A DNA stretch of 64,000 nucleotides from an uncultured virus (IMG/VR IMGVR_UViG_3300012001_000011) (IMGVR_UViG_3300012001_000011), one strand, 5' to 3'. Positions 1 to 9,706 are shown, counted from the stretch's first letter. The notes: a model not told the origin generated them from the sequence alone. Translations and numbers: made by a program.

Positions 1-76
1 AGGCTACAGAGGCACCGCCACGGCAGGCGACAGCGGCACCGCCACGGCAGGCTACAGAGGCACCGCCACGGCAGGC
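1..76 (+). repeat. 24-bp coding tandem repeat (core ggcaccgccacggcaggc, 3 copies visible)
   Basis: Seen directly in the sequence. Confidence 0.9.
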
Positions 77-220
77 GCAAAGGGCGAAATCCGCATCAAG
101 TATTGGGACTCCAAGGCCGAGCGGTATCGCACGGCGAACGCCTACACAGGCGAAGACGGCATTCTTGAAAACGTCGCCTACTGCCTGGACGAGAACAACA
201 AGTTCAAGGTGGTCGTATGA
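1..220 (+). CDS. C-terminal part of an octapeptide-repeat phage protein (GTATAGYR/GTATAGDS), truncated by the window start
   Basis: Frame from position 2 reads GYRGTATAGDSGTATAGYRGTATAGAKGEIRIKYWD...FKVVV*; the stop overlaps the next ATG (ATGA). Confidence 0.75.
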   Translation, partial: GYRGTATAGDSGTATAGYRGTATAGAKGEIRIKYWDSKAERYRTANAYTGEDGILENVAYCLDENNKFKVVV

Positions 221-477
221 AGCCCGCACGCATGGGTAAGGGCGCCGTGAAGGCTCCGAGGCTGACGGACTGGTTTGTTGGCGTTGACCCGGTGAATATC
301 GGCGTCTACGAGGTGGAACCAGATGCACACTCCCCATGGTGGTCACACTGGAATGGCCTAAATTGGGGAGCTATGTGCGAGTCACTGGAAGCCGCGATAA
401 GCGTGCGCCGTTCATACACTCACGCGGGACTCAAATGGCGCGGCCTCGCCTCCGATCCTGCTGGGGAGGCGAAATGA
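217..477 (+). CDS. hypothetical phage protein
   Basis: ATGA-coupled to neighbouring genes at both ends. Confidence 0.65.
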   Translation: MKPARMGKGAVKAPRLTDWFVGVDPVNIGVYEVEPDAHSPWWSHWNGLNWGAMCESLEAAISVRRSYTHAGLKWRGLASDPAGEAK

Positions 478-1025
478 GTCTCGCAACCGGATCAGAACTC
501 AACCAAGCGACGTTCGATGACTTCGTGCAGCGCCTGCGTCACCATGTGCGCGGCGAGGGCGTAGATTGGCATCATACGGCCGACGCCCTGTTCACCGTAC
601 AGGCGCGCAAGATTATCTTCGGCATCGACCGCGACTACACCGATAAGACGGCGGTTTCCATCGAGGACAGTATGTACTTCAGCCCGCAGGAGTATTGGGA
701 TGATGCCGACGAAGGTTTGCGCGCAAGACTGGATGCCATCGCGCATGATGTGGACGAAATGCCGTTCCTGACACTCGAAACTTACGAGCAATGGGACATC
801 TTGGCCGATTTGGAAAACCACACGGTTTCCGGCTGGGATGAGAGGTGGGAAATAGTCAATTCGCACTTCACCAAAGAGGCCGCCGAGGCGTTCATCAAGC
901 GCAAGAGGCACGACTACCGCGATGGGCTGCGCGTCTACGTTGAGGCCCAGGTTTATTGCTGGGAGTTCAACCAGATCGTTACTGGGCTAATGGGCGTGCA
1001 AATCAAGTTCGTGGTGGCCCCATGA
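474..1025 (+). CDS. conserved phage protein, ead/Ea22-associated domain-like
   Basis: ATG 474 with GGAGG RBS; TADALFTVQ and HFTKEAAEAFIKRKRHDY motifs typical of lambdoid early proteins. Confidence 0.6.
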   Translation: MSLATGSELNQATFDDFVQRLRHHVRGEGVDWHHTADALFTVQARKIIFGIDRDYTDKTAVSIEDSMYFSPQEYWDDADEGLRARLDAIAHDVDEMPFLTLETYEQWDILADLENHTVSGWDERWEIVNSHFTKEAAEAFIKRKRHDYRDGLRVYVEAQVYCWEFNQIVTGLMGVQIKFVVAP

Positions 1026-1156
1026 CCGCCCCTCAATCCCTACCCCCGCCGCCCGAGCCGCATGTGATGACAGTCGAGCAATGGAAACGCTACACGGCTA
1101 TGCACTACACGCGGATGGCGAAGTTGGCCGAACAAGAAAATAAAAAGGAGAACTAA

Positions 1157-1921
1157 ATGTCAGATTTCGTTTCACTCAAGGTTGCAGCAGAGAAGAAGAT
1201 TCACGGCGACGATGTGGCAAAGGCTACGCACTTCAACGTGAAGCCGGGACTGATCCAGATCGAGCCCGGATTCAATCGTCCAATCTCGCGCGAGAAAGTG
1301 GAGTCATTCAAGACCTCGATTCGCAGCGGCGCGACGATCCCGCCTATTTTTGTCCGTGTCGATGTCGGCAGCATCATCATGGTAGACGGCGAGCACCGGC
1401 TGATCGCGGTCAATGAGTTGATCGCCGATGGCTTCGAGGTCGAGAGCATGTCCGCAATCCAATTCCGGGGCGATGACGGCGACCGCATCGCGCACTTGTG
1501 CAATAGCGCATCCGGCCATGGCATGACGCCACTGGAAAAGGGCGAGCAGTTCATCAAGCTTATCCGCATCAACTGGTCAGTGAAGAAGATTGCGGATCGC
1601 TGCGGCGAGTCCACGCAAACAATCGAGCGCTGCCTTGCACTTGCCGAAGCGGGAACCGATGTCAAGGCGCACATCACGAACGGCAGCATTGCCAGCACTG
1701 AGGCGGCAAAGATCGTGCGCGACCACGGAAGCCGCGCAGGCGCTGTTATCACCGACCGCTTGACCGAAGCCAAAGCCGCAGGCAAGAAGCGCGTCACGGC
1801 CGCAACTGGCAAGCCCAAGGCATCGAATGCGGAACTGCTCGCGGCCATCAGGCAAATCCCCGATTCGGTAACTGGTGAATGGGCCGACAAAATCCGCTCG
1901 CTGATCGGAGTTAAGCCATGA
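1157..1921 (+). CDS. ParB/Srx-like N-terminal domain protein with HTH
   Basis: IPPIFV...MVDGEHRLIA ParB motif; AGGAG RBS. Confidence 0.8.
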   Translation: MSDFVSLKVAAEKKIHGDDVAKATHFNVKPGLIQIEPGFNRPISREKVESFKTSIRSGATIPPIFVRVDVGSIIMVDGEHRLIAVNELIADGFEVESMSAIQFRGDDGDRIAHLCNSASGHGMTPLEKGEQFIKLIRINWSVKKIADRCGESTQTIERCLALAEAGTDVKAHITNGSIASTEAAKIVRDHGSRAGAVITDRLTEAKAAGKKRVTAATGKPKASNAELLAAIRQIPDSVTGEWADKIRSLIGVKP

Positions 1922-2472
1922 CGGCCAAGACCGCCCCGCGCTGCACCGGCACGAACTCCGAACGCGCCGCAGCCAGCGCAGCCAACTTGCGCGACTTGAT
2001 CGGCCATTTATCGGCCGGCCCCATGGGCATAGCTGAAGCCCGCGCCGCGATCAAGTTGAGCACATCCGGCGCGCGCAAATACTTTCACGACTTGATCGCT
2101 GCTGGCATAGTCGAATCCGGCCGCGAGTCGCTGACGGTCCCTTTGGCCTACTGCTTGACCACTGATGCGGCGCGCGTGGCAACTTACATCGCCAGCCTCG
2201 GTCACCCCGTGTTCGCGCCAAATCCCCGGCGCTCGTCAGTCGCCAGGGTTCAGCGCGACGCGAGCCGCCATATCCATGTGATGCACGACGACGCGCATTT
2301 CGCCGTCAGGATTCGGCGCATGCCAGTTGCTCCCGATCCGCTCGCGCTCGATCGGGCATTCTTCCGGCCGCCAGTTGCCGATGCCGCGCCCCGCCTCGCC
2401 ATGCCAGTCATTCCGCCGAAGCCGCAAGGGTTTCCGGTGCCGGGGGATTATCGGTTCATGGTGCCAGCGTGA
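1918..2472 (+). CDS. putative winged-helix DNA-binding protein
   Basis: GPMGIAEARAAIKLSTSGARKYFHDLIAAGIV resembles a wHTH; coupled ATGA. Confidence 0.55.
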   Translation: MTAKTAPRCTGTNSERAAASAANLRDLIGHLSAGPMGIAEARAAIKLSTSGARKYFHDLIAAGIVESGRESLTVPLAYCLTTDAARVATYIASLGHPVFAPNPRRSSVARVQRDASRHIHVMHDDAHFAVRIRRMPVAPDPLALDRAFFRPPVADAAPRLAMPVIPPKPQGFPVPGDYRFMVPA

Positions 2473-3282
2473 CAACGCATATCGTCTGCTACTCAGGCGG
2501 GCATAGCTCGGCCCTGGTGGCGATTGAAGTCGCCCGCGCAAATATGGGGGGGGCATATCGTGTTGGTTAATCACGACATGCATCTATCAGTCGAGGACAC
2601 TGATGTAAAGCGGTTCAAGCGCCAGGTTGCCGAATACCTTGATCTCCCGATCACATTCGTCAACTACAAGGGCGCCAGTATGGACCAGTTCGACGTATGC
2701 GTTGAGGCGCAGGCGTTCAAGGTCGATGACGGCCCCGAGCTCTGCACGTCCCGCCTCAAGACTGAGCCGTTTATGGCGTGGCTGCGCGCCGGGTTCTTGC
2801 AAGACGATTCGATTATCTACTACGGCTTCGACGCAAACGAGACGAAGCGGATTACACGGCGCAGCGGGATTATGGGTATTCAAGGCTGGAAAACTGCCTA
2901 CCCGCTTGCGTTCGGCGCCCGCACTATCCATAACACAAACGAAATCGGAATAGCGCCACCTCTCGGGTATTCGCAGTTCAAGCACGCCAACTGTATCGGC
3001 TGCCTCAAGGCTGGTTGGCAGCACTGGTACATCGTCTACTGCACGCGTCCTGATATCTGGCTCAAAGGTAAGTGGGCAGAGGAAGAAATCGGATACGCAA
3101 TCCATCACGACGACGATGGCCCGGTCTACCTCGAAGACATGGAGGCGCGGTTCGCAATCATGAAGTGCGCCGGCGTTCCGCAGACCGAGCACATACCACA
3201 TCAACGTTTTTGGGCCGACGCGCGCAAGCACATCAAGATCGCTGTCGGGCCGAGCCTACTGCCGTGCGAATGCACTTTCTAA
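2469..3282 (+). pseudogene. PAPS-reductase-like (PP-loop) protein, frameshifted at a G8 tract
   Basis: GTG 2469 gives MTTHIVCYSGGHSSALVAIEVAR (PP-loop SGGxxS); the rest (CTSRLK, HANCIGCLKAG, CEC) is in another frame; G8 at 2546-2553. Confidence 0.75.
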
Positions 3283-3292
3283 TGGAGAAAAT

Positions 3293-3661
3293 ATGTTGAT
3301 GATATACCTCGCTGGCGGCATGAAATCAGGATGGCAGGATCGCGTAATCTCAGCCGTGCCGAAGTTCTCATTTAAAGACCCGCGCGCCCATGGCTTGCGT
3401 GATGAGAAAGCATATACGGATTGGGATTTGCGAGCGATCCGCGATAGCCAAATCGTCCTTGCATATATGGACTCGCAAAATCCTAGCGGCTACGGCTTAG
3501 CGTTGGAGATTGGATATGCCAAAGCGCTAGGCCGTGAAATTTGGTACGTATGCGAAGACATCCTGGACCGTCAAAAATTCTTCGGCATGGTGCGAGCCTG
3601 CGCTGATCGCCAATTTGACTCACTGGACCAAGCCATTGATGCGCTTGCGAGCTACGCATGA
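3293..3661 (+). CDS. nucleoside 2-deoxyribosyltransferase-like protein
   Basis: IYLAG...DLRAIRDSQIVLAY...GLALEIGYAKALG NDT motifs. Confidence 0.8.
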   Translation: MLMIYLAGGMKSGWQDRVISAVPKFSFKDPRAHGLRDEKAYTDWDLRAIRDSQIVLAYMDSQNPSGYGLALEIGYAKALGREIWYVCEDILDRQKFFGMVRACADRQFDSLDQAIDALASYA

Positions 3662-3849
3662 CCGCGCTCGGATATTCCCGCAACGACGCCTACCGCCTAG
3701 CCACGCAGCAGATAGTGCCAGCGCCGATGACGAAGCGCGTCAAGTGTTCGCAGTGTCGCCGTACGCAGTCAATCGGTCAGTACGGTCAAGGCTCGGATAT
3801 TTGCATCACATGCAAGCCGCAGGGCAAAAACTTTAGGAGGGGATTATGA
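3658..3849 (+). CDS. small Zn-finger protein
   Basis: CSQC...CITC; coupled. Confidence 0.6.
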   Translation: MTALGYSRNDAYRLATQQIVPAPMTKRVKCSQCRRTQSIGQYGQGSDICITCKPQGKNFRRGL

Positions 3850-4112
3850 GCCGTCGCACAGTAGAGGTACAGGTTCGCTATGTCGATGTTGATGTGCCAC
3901 TTGAGGATATTACCGATGATGACTTGCTGGCGGAATTGCGCGACCGGAAGGTGATTCGTCCGAGCGACATTCCATCCAATACGCCACCACTGAGCGGCGA
4001 AGAAACGCACCCGCTGCACGAAATTTACTACGCCTTCAAGTTCGGCATGGTAGACCGCGCTACCGAACTGGCCCGCGCCTATGTGTGCGACGAACTGGGA
4101 GTGGTGCTGTGA
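3846..4112 (+). CDS. hypothetical protein
   Basis: RBS and coupled ATGA. Confidence 0.65.
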   Translation: MSRRTVEVQVRYVDVDVPLEDITDDDLLAELRDRKVIRPSDIPSNTPPLSGEETHPLHEIYYAFKFGMVDRATELARAYVCDELGVVL

Positions 4113-4242
4113 CTGCCCGATATGCCTATGTCGACTACGACCGCTCGCACGCGACAGCCGAAATCATCTTCAGGTGCTTGATGATCCGCATGCGCTGCCG
4201 GATGGCTCCGTATCTGAGGGAATCAAGTAGGAGGTGCGCGGT

Positions 4243-4437
4243 ATGAAGCATCGCCAATTCAAGACGGGCGGCGTCTCGCAGTGCTGGCATTGCAGCCGCC
4301 AGCTTGTGCGCATCAAGGGCGGATTTCGCTACGCGGAAGTGCAAGACCCGATAGGCAACAGGATGCGCGTGCATAAGGATTGTGTGCGCCTCGCTGTGGC
4401 TGATGGCGATGTGCGCGCTGTTGAGATTGCTGTATGA
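4243..4437 (+). CDS. hypothetical Cys/His protein
   Basis: GGAGG RBS; CWHC...HKDC. Confidence 0.55.
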   Translation: MKHRQFKTGGVSQCWHCSRQLVRIKGGFRYAEVQDPIGNRMRVHKDCVRLAVADGDVRAVEIAV

Positions 4438-4913
4438 CCCTCAAACGATCTGGCTTCGTGCCTCGGAAGCAGCAGGCGTTTAAGCGGTCCGAGCGCAAGG
4501 AATCGGACGCTGTGGCGAAGGTGCGGCGGGGGATGAAGTCGAGCCGTCCGAAAATGACGCCGATTCGGGCCAGCGCAAAGGGCGAGCAATGCACATTGCG
4601 GTTCCCGTGCTGCACGTTCAAACCAGAGCAAACGGTTTGGTGTCACTCAAATAACTACGTTGACGGCAAGGGCGCTGGGCTGAAGGCGCGGGACGAAGAG
4701 GGGTGCTACGGGTGCGCGGCCTGTCACGCATTCCTTGATGGTGGGTATGCGGGCCACATGAAGCGCGAACTGGTCGATATTTATTTCGACATTGCACGAG
4801 CATTAAGCCAAGCCATCTTGCAACACAAGGGGCTTATGAAAGGCGCAACCGGCAGCGATTCGCAGTCGCCACCAGTTGCTGATCAAAAAAACACCATAGG
4901 GGAATTATATTGA
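4434..4913 (+). CDS. DUF1364/YbcO-like putative nuclease
   Basis: SAKGEQCTLR...TVWCH...GAGLK...CAACH signature. Confidence 0.8.
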   Translation: MTLKRSGFVPRKQQAFKRSERKESDAVAKVRRGMKSSRPKMTPIRASAKGEQCTLRFPCCTFKPEQTVWCHSNNYVDGKGAGLKARDEEGCYGCAACHAFLDGGYAGHMKRELVDIYFDIARALSQAILQHKGLMKGATGSDSQSPPVADQKNTIGELY

Positions 4914-6313
4914 CTTCCGCAATTCTAAGCGATTACGAACGCTTCATCAAAAACAAGCAGGCGGCCGACATTCCATCAGGCTTCGATCTGGACGTGCCTA
5001 CCGGCCCGCTGTTCGACTTTCAGGCCGCGTGCGTCAAGTGGGCATTGAAGCGCGGCCGCGCGGCGCTGTTCGCTGATACGGGGCTTGGCAAGACCGCTAT
5101 GCAAACGACCTGGGCGCAAGCCGTGGCCGAGCATACAGGTGGCAACGTCATCATCGCCGCGCCCCTGTGCGTCGCGCAGCAGACCGTTGAGGAAGCGGCC
5201 AAGTTTGGCATCACGGTCAAGTACTGCCGCGCCGACGATCAGGTCGAGCCGGGCATCACGATTACCAATTATGAAATGCTTGAGCACTTCGACTTGGAGT
5301 CGTTCGCCGGCGTGGTGCTGGACGAGTCGAGCATCCTCAAGAGCCACACGAGCAAGACCCGCGAGGCAATCACGCAAGCATTCAAGCGCACGCCATACAA
5401 ACTGTCATGCACCGCCACACCATCGCCGAACGACTATATCGAGCTCGGCAATCAAGCCGATTTCCTTGGCGTGATGAGCGCGCAGGAAATGCTGGCGACG
5501 TTCTTTACACACGATGGCGGCGACACATCGAAATGGCGTCTCAAGGGGCACGGCAAAGTGCGCTTTTGGGAATGGATGGCGACTTGGGCTATCTGCATTC
5601 GAAACCCGTCAGACCTTGGCTTTGATGGCTCGCGGTACGAACTTCCGCCAGTCAACATGATCGAGCACACGGTATCGGGCGGCGACCTGCTCGAAGGCCA
5701 GTTGTTCGCCGTGACCGCGCAGACGTTGAGCGAGCGCCGGCAGGCCAAGAAATCAAGCATGGCGGATCGTGTCGCACTGGCGGCAGGTATTGCCAACGGC
5801 ACCGACCAGCCTGTGATTGTTTGGTGCCACATGAACGACGAGAGCGGCGCGCTGGCAAAGGCGATCCCTGATTCCGTTGAGGTAACCGGCTCGATGTCGG
5901 CTGATCAGAAGATCGAAAACATCACGGCCTTTCTTCGTGGTGATGCGCGAGTGATCGTTAGTAAGGCGTCGATCATGGGCTTTGGCTTAAATTTTCAGCA
6001 CTGCAATGAAATGATTTTTGCAGGCATGGACGACAGTTTTGAAAAATACTATCAGGCAGTCCGCCGATGCCATCGCTTCGGCCAAAAGCGCCAGGTGAAT
6101 GTCCACATCATCACCGCCGAAACCGAGGGCGCAGTCAAGGCCAATATCCAGCGCAAGCAGGCGCAATCCGATTTGATGGCCGAGCAGATGGTGGCGCACA
6201 TGCGCGGCATCACGCGCCGGTCAATCGTTGGCGCCACCAGCAACACCGAAACCTATAACCCGACCGTGCCGATGACAATCCCGGCATGGATCATTGCAAA
6301 CATCGAGAAATGA
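4910..6313 (+). CDS. SNF2-like SF2 helicase/ATPase
   Basis: DTGLGKT (Walker A), LDESS, TATP, GLNFQ, QAVRRCHRFGQ. Confidence 0.9.
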   Translation: MTSAILSDYERFIKNKQAADIPSGFDLDVPTGPLFDFQAACVKWALKRGRAALFADTGLGKTAMQTTWAQAVAEHTGGNVIIAAPLCVAQQTVEEAAKFGITVKYCRADDQVEPGITITNYEMLEHFDLESFAGVVLDESSILKSHTSKTREAITQAFKRTPYKLSCTATPSPNDYIELGNQADFLGVMSAQEMLATFFTHDGGDTSKWRLKGHGKVRFWEWMATWAICIRNPSDLGFDGSRYELPPVNMIEHTVSGGDLLEGQLFAVTAQTLSERRQAKKSSMADRVALAAGIANGTDQPVIVWCHMNDESGALAKAIPDSVEVTGSMSADQKIENITAFLRGDARVIVSKASIMGFGLNFQHCNEMIFAGMDDSFEKYYQAVRRCHRFGQKRQVNVHIITAETEGAVKANIQRKQAQSDLMAEQMVAHMRGITRRSIVGATSNTETYNPTVPMTIPAWIIANIEK

Positions 6314-7212
6314 CCATGACCAACGTACTCAACCAGGTAATCACCGACAACTATTCTCTTTGGAATATGGATTGTGTTGACGCGGTAAGGGCGCTGCCTG
6401 ACAACTCCATCGACTTCAGCGTGTACAGCCCGCCCTTCGAGTCATTGTATGTGTTCTCTAGTTCTGAGCGTGATTTTGGTAATAACGCCAACTCGGCGGA
6501 TTTCTGGAAGCACTATCGGTATCTGATTTCTGAAATGTATCGTGCGCTGAAGCCGGGGCGACTCATTGCCATCCACTGCATGCAACTCCCGACGTCCAAA
6601 ACCCGCGATGGCTACATTGGGCTAAAAGACTTCCGTGGCGAGATTATCCGTTCGCACCAGGATGCCGGATTCATTTACCACAGCGAAGTATGTATTTGGA
6701 AGTGTCCGGTTGTGGCGATGACACGGACCAAGGCACTCGGCCTGCTTTACAAGCAACTACGCAAAGACTCGGCAATGTCGCGTCAAGGAATCGCGGATTA
6801 CCTCGTTGTGGTACGCAAGCCTGGTGACAATCCAGATCCAGTAACCAAGACGCACGAAAGTCATTCTGTAGACCTGTGGCAGCAGTACGCATCGCCGGTT
6901 TGGATGGACATACTTCCAGGACGGACTTTGCAATACATGTCAGCACGAGAAAGCGATGACGAAAAACATATCTCGCCATTGCAGACGCAAATCATCGAGC
7001 GCGCAATCGACCTTTGGACGAATCCCGGCGACCTCGTTTTTACCCCATTCCTCGGAATTGGAAGCGAGGCGTACGTAGCCCTGCAAATGGGCCGACGTGC
7101 GTGCGGGTCAGAACTCAAGCGATCGTACTTCGATCTGGCCGTGCGCAATTGTCACGAAGCGCAGCAGGACAAGCAAGATGACCTGTTCGCCGAGCCTGCG
7201 GAGGCCCCATGA
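6310..7212 (+). CDS. N4/N6 DNA methyltransferase (beta class)
   Basis: Catalytic SPPF precedes SAM-binding FTPFLGIGS; coupled to the helicase stop. Confidence 0.9.
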   Translation: MTMTNVLNQVITDNYSLWNMDCVDAVRALPDNSIDFSVYSPPFESLYVFSSSERDFGNNANSADFWKHYRYLISEMYRALKPGRLIAIHCMQLPTSKTRDGYIGLKDFRGEIIRSHQDAGFIYHSEVCIWKCPVVAMTRTKALGLLYKQLRKDSAMSRQGIADYLVVVRKPGDNPDPVTKTHESHSVDLWQQYASPVWMDILPGRTLQYMSARESDDEKHISPLQTQIIERAIDLWTNPGDLVFTPFLGIGSEAYVALQMGRRACGSELKRSYFDLAVRNCHEAQQDKQDDLFAEPAEAP

Positions 7213-7436
7213 AATCCACATCATCCCAGCGCCGCCAAATAGCCGCGCACCTGTCGGCGGGGAATGCGCTGACTGCATTGGAGGCGCTGCGGCTATTCGG
7301 CGTAAATCGTCTGGCGGCGCGTGTTTTGGACCTGAGACACGATGGCGTCAACGTGGTCACAACGATGGTCGAGGTCGAGGGCGCAAACGGGCCGGCGCGG
7401 GTAGCCAAATATTCACTTGGCGAGGCGGTGAAATGA
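7209..7436 (+). CDS. small HTH DNA-binding protein
   Basis: LTALEALRLFGVNRLAARVLDLRHDG wHTH pattern. Confidence 0.75.
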   Translation: MKSTSSQRRQIAAHLSAGNALTALEALRLFGVNRLAARVLDLRHDGVNVVTTMVEVEGANGPARVAKYSLGEAVK

Positions 7437-7837
7437 CGCACCCACTAGCCGCGCGCCGGATCGCCATGATCCTCGCCGCGCTTGAGGCTGGCCCGCTGAC
7501 GGTGCACGCGCTGTCCGTCAAGGTATCGCTGCACTATGACCGCACGCGCGAATACGTGTTCGATCTGGCGGCGCAGCACTTAGTCCACATTAAGGCGTGG
7601 AAGCCGCTCCCCACTGGTAGGCAGCATCCAGTCGCAGTGTACGTGCTTGGCGCTGGCAAGGACGCGAAAAAGCCCAAGCGCATGACTGGCGCGCAACGGC
7701 AGGCGGCTATGCGTAAGCGCATCTTCGCGGATCAGGAGCGCCGTGAACTGTACCTGGCCCGTGGGCGCGCAATGAAGCGGGTCAAGCGCGCGATCAGCAA
7801 GCCGCAGACATGGATTTCGGCACTGGGGGCGGTATGA
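7433..7837 (+). CDS. putative wHTH protein
   Basis: ATG 7433 coupled; GPLTVHALS...VHIKAW...AVYVLGAGKDA. Confidence 0.6.
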   Translation: MTHPLAARRIAMILAALEAGPLTVHALSVKVSLHYDRTREYVFDLAAQHLVHIKAWKPLPTGRQHPVAVYVLGAGKDAKKPKRMTGAQRQAAMRKRIFADQERRELYLARGRAMKRVKRAISKPQTWISALGAV

Positions 7838-8163
7838 CGATCAAGCGACACAAAGACGCCGCCCTGTTCCCCGGCGTGCCGGATCAGCTAATCCACGACT
7901 TCGCAGCCGTGCGCAAGGCCAAGCGCGCGCCTATCACGGCAACTGCCATTGCCGGCATCCAGCGCGAGGCAGACAAAGCCGGGCTGACGCTTGAGCAGGC
8001 GCTGACCCTATGCGTCGAGCGCAACTGGCAGGGATTCAATGCGCAATGGGTGCTTCGGATTAACGACGCCGGCCAGCCAGCGCGCCAGATGGTCAACGAC
8101 GAGGCCAAGCGCCACCTATTCGGGGGCTTTGATGAATTCGGGAGCACTGATGCGCCAAGGTGA
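7834..8163 (+). CDS. stand-alone phage replication-initiator C-terminal-like domain
   Basis: RKAKRAPIT...EADKAGLTLEQALTLCVERNWQGF motif, usually found at the C-terminus of O-like initiators. Confidence 0.65.
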   Translation: MTIKRHKDAALFPGVPDQLIHDFAAVRKAKRAPITATAIAGIQREADKAGLTLEQALTLCVERNWQGFNAQWVLRINDAGQPARQMVNDEAKRHLFGGFDEFGSTDAPR

Positions 8164-8902
8164 CTACGACGAGTTCGCAAAGCTGATCGACGACGCATAC
8201 GACATGATCAGCGTCGGCTCGAAGTCTCTCAGTGCGGCGGCGCGCGCGATGTTCTTCAGGGCTGTAGCCAAGTACCCGCTTGACCTGTTCCGCGCTGCCT
8301 TGCACGCGCACATCATGGGTAAAGAAGGGCGATTCGTTCCGCAGCCGTCGCACATCATCGAGCAAATCGAGCGCATGGTCGAGCAGGACGGGCGACCTGG
8401 CGCTGAGGAAGCTTGGGCGATTGCTCTTACGGGATGCAAGGAAGAGGCAACCGTGGTCTGGACGACAGAAACCGCGCAGGCCCTATTCATCAGCCGCCCG
8501 GTACTCGACTCCAGCGGGGCAATCAGCGCGCGCAAGGCGTTCCTTGAGGCTTACACGCGACTGGTTGCAGATGCTCGATCAGCGCGCCGACCGGCCGAAT
8601 GGGTTGCGTCAATTGGATGGGATAGGCGGCAGCAGGTTTCTGCAATCAAGGGTGCGATCAATGCTGGTCGATTGCCAGCGCCGTCCGCTGCGGCCCTGCT
8701 AGAAGGTCCGGGCGGCGATCCAACTCCTGATGAGGCGGCGCGCGCGCAGATTGCACTAATCAAGAAGCTGATCAAGGACGCAACTGAAGCGCGGGAGACT
8801 GCCAGATTGGCCGAAGTCGAACGCCTGCGTCTAGCTGGCGAGGATTTCAAACGCCGCACACAGGATCAGGTTGACCAGTTCCTAGCGGGAGGTGAGCCAT
8901 GA
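8150..8902 (+). CDS. putative replication protein (helicase-loader position)
   Basis: RFVPQPSHII...DGRPGAEEAW...TVVWT motif; directly follows the initiator-like gene. Confidence 0.6.
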   Translation: MRQGDYDEFAKLIDDAYDMISVGSKSLSAAARAMFFRAVAKYPLDLFRAALHAHIMGKEGRFVPQPSHIIEQIERMVEQDGRPGAEEAWAIALTGCKEEATVVWTTETAQALFISRPVLDSSGAISARKAFLEAYTRLVADARSARRPAEWVASIGWDRRQQVSAIKGAINAGRLPAPSAAALLEGPGGDPTPDEAARAQIALIKKLIKDATEARETARLAEVERLRLAGEDFKRRTQDQVDQFLAGGEP

Positions 8903-9090
8903 AGTGCATCGCTTGCACCAAGTGCGATCTCAAATTCAACCAAGCATTCTCGAAACTCGGAATGGCGCACTGCAAGGACGATCCGCCTGCAACGTTTGTC
9001 AGTCTCAAATTTGAACGGGTATGCAGTTCCTTTAAACCAGCGCCGGCCGCAACGGTGGTCAAGCGCGAAATGTGGGCAGAGAAGATATGA
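8899..9090 (+). CDS. small Cys-rich protein
   Basis: GGAGG RBS; coupled. Confidence 0.6.
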   Translation: MKCIACTKCDLKFNQAFSKLGMAHCKDDPPATFVSLKFERVCSSFKPAPAATVVKREMWAEKI

Positions 9091-9413
9091 ACCAACTTGC
9101 ACTAGATGCAAACCGCAGGCTCGCTGCGGCGCTTGGATGGACCAACATAGTAGACGTCGGCAATGCTCTGCTCGGCAAGCCGACATGGGTATGCGACAAC
9201 TCGCGCAGCCAAGTGCAGGTTCCGAACTGGGCGGGCGACTGGAAGGACTGCGGGCCGTTGATCGAGCAGTATCGCATTGCGTTGAATCCAGCGCTAACAC
9301 AGAAAGGGCGGTACTTAGCGGAGACAGAAAAGGCAGCGCTGGGCGAGTTCGGCGATTCGCCGATGCTGGCCATCGTTGCTGCTGTATGCGCGCAACTGGA
9401 GGCTGGCGCGTGA
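9087..9413 (+). CDS. NinX/DUF2591-like protein
   Basis: PNWAGDWKDCGPLIEQYRI...GDSPMLAI motif. Confidence 0.65.
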   Translation: MNQLALDANRRLAAALGWTNIVDVGNALLGKPTWVCDNSRSQVQVPNWAGDWKDCGPLIEQYRIALNPALTQKGRYLAETEKAALGEFGDSPMLAIVAAVCAQLEAGA

Positions 9414-9706
9414 GCTACATGAAGAAGGCGGACGCCAACCAGCCCGAGATAGTCAAAGCACTGCGCGGCGCGGGTTGCACGGTCGAACACTTGCACGCGG
9501 TTGGCGCGGGCTGTCCTGACCTCCTATGCGCGATTGACGATCAAGTCTTCTTGATCGAGGTGAAGGACGGATCGAAGGTTCCGAGCGATCAGAAGCTAAC
9601 CCCAGCGCAGGTCGTCTGGCATGCGCAATGGAAGGCCGAAGTTCATATCGTCAACTCGGTGGCTGCGGCGCTGACTGTGGTTGCCATTTACAAGGCCGCG
9701 CCATGA
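9410..9706 (+). CDS. VRR-NUC-like PD-(D/E)xK nuclease/resolvase
   Basis: DANQPEIV...GCPDLL...LIEVK...LTPAQ. Confidence 0.8.
   Translation: MSYMKKADANQPEIVKALRGAGCTVEHLHAVGAGCPDLLCAIDDQVFLIEVKDGSKVPSDQKLTPAQVVWHAQWKAEVHIVNSVAAALTVVAIYKAAP

Noticed and set aside
336..473. Upstream-extended starts in the ORF track (336, 7097, 8039, 8996, 11170, 44164, 63605 etc.)
   Set aside because: Downstream starts with an RBS or ATGA coupling fit better.
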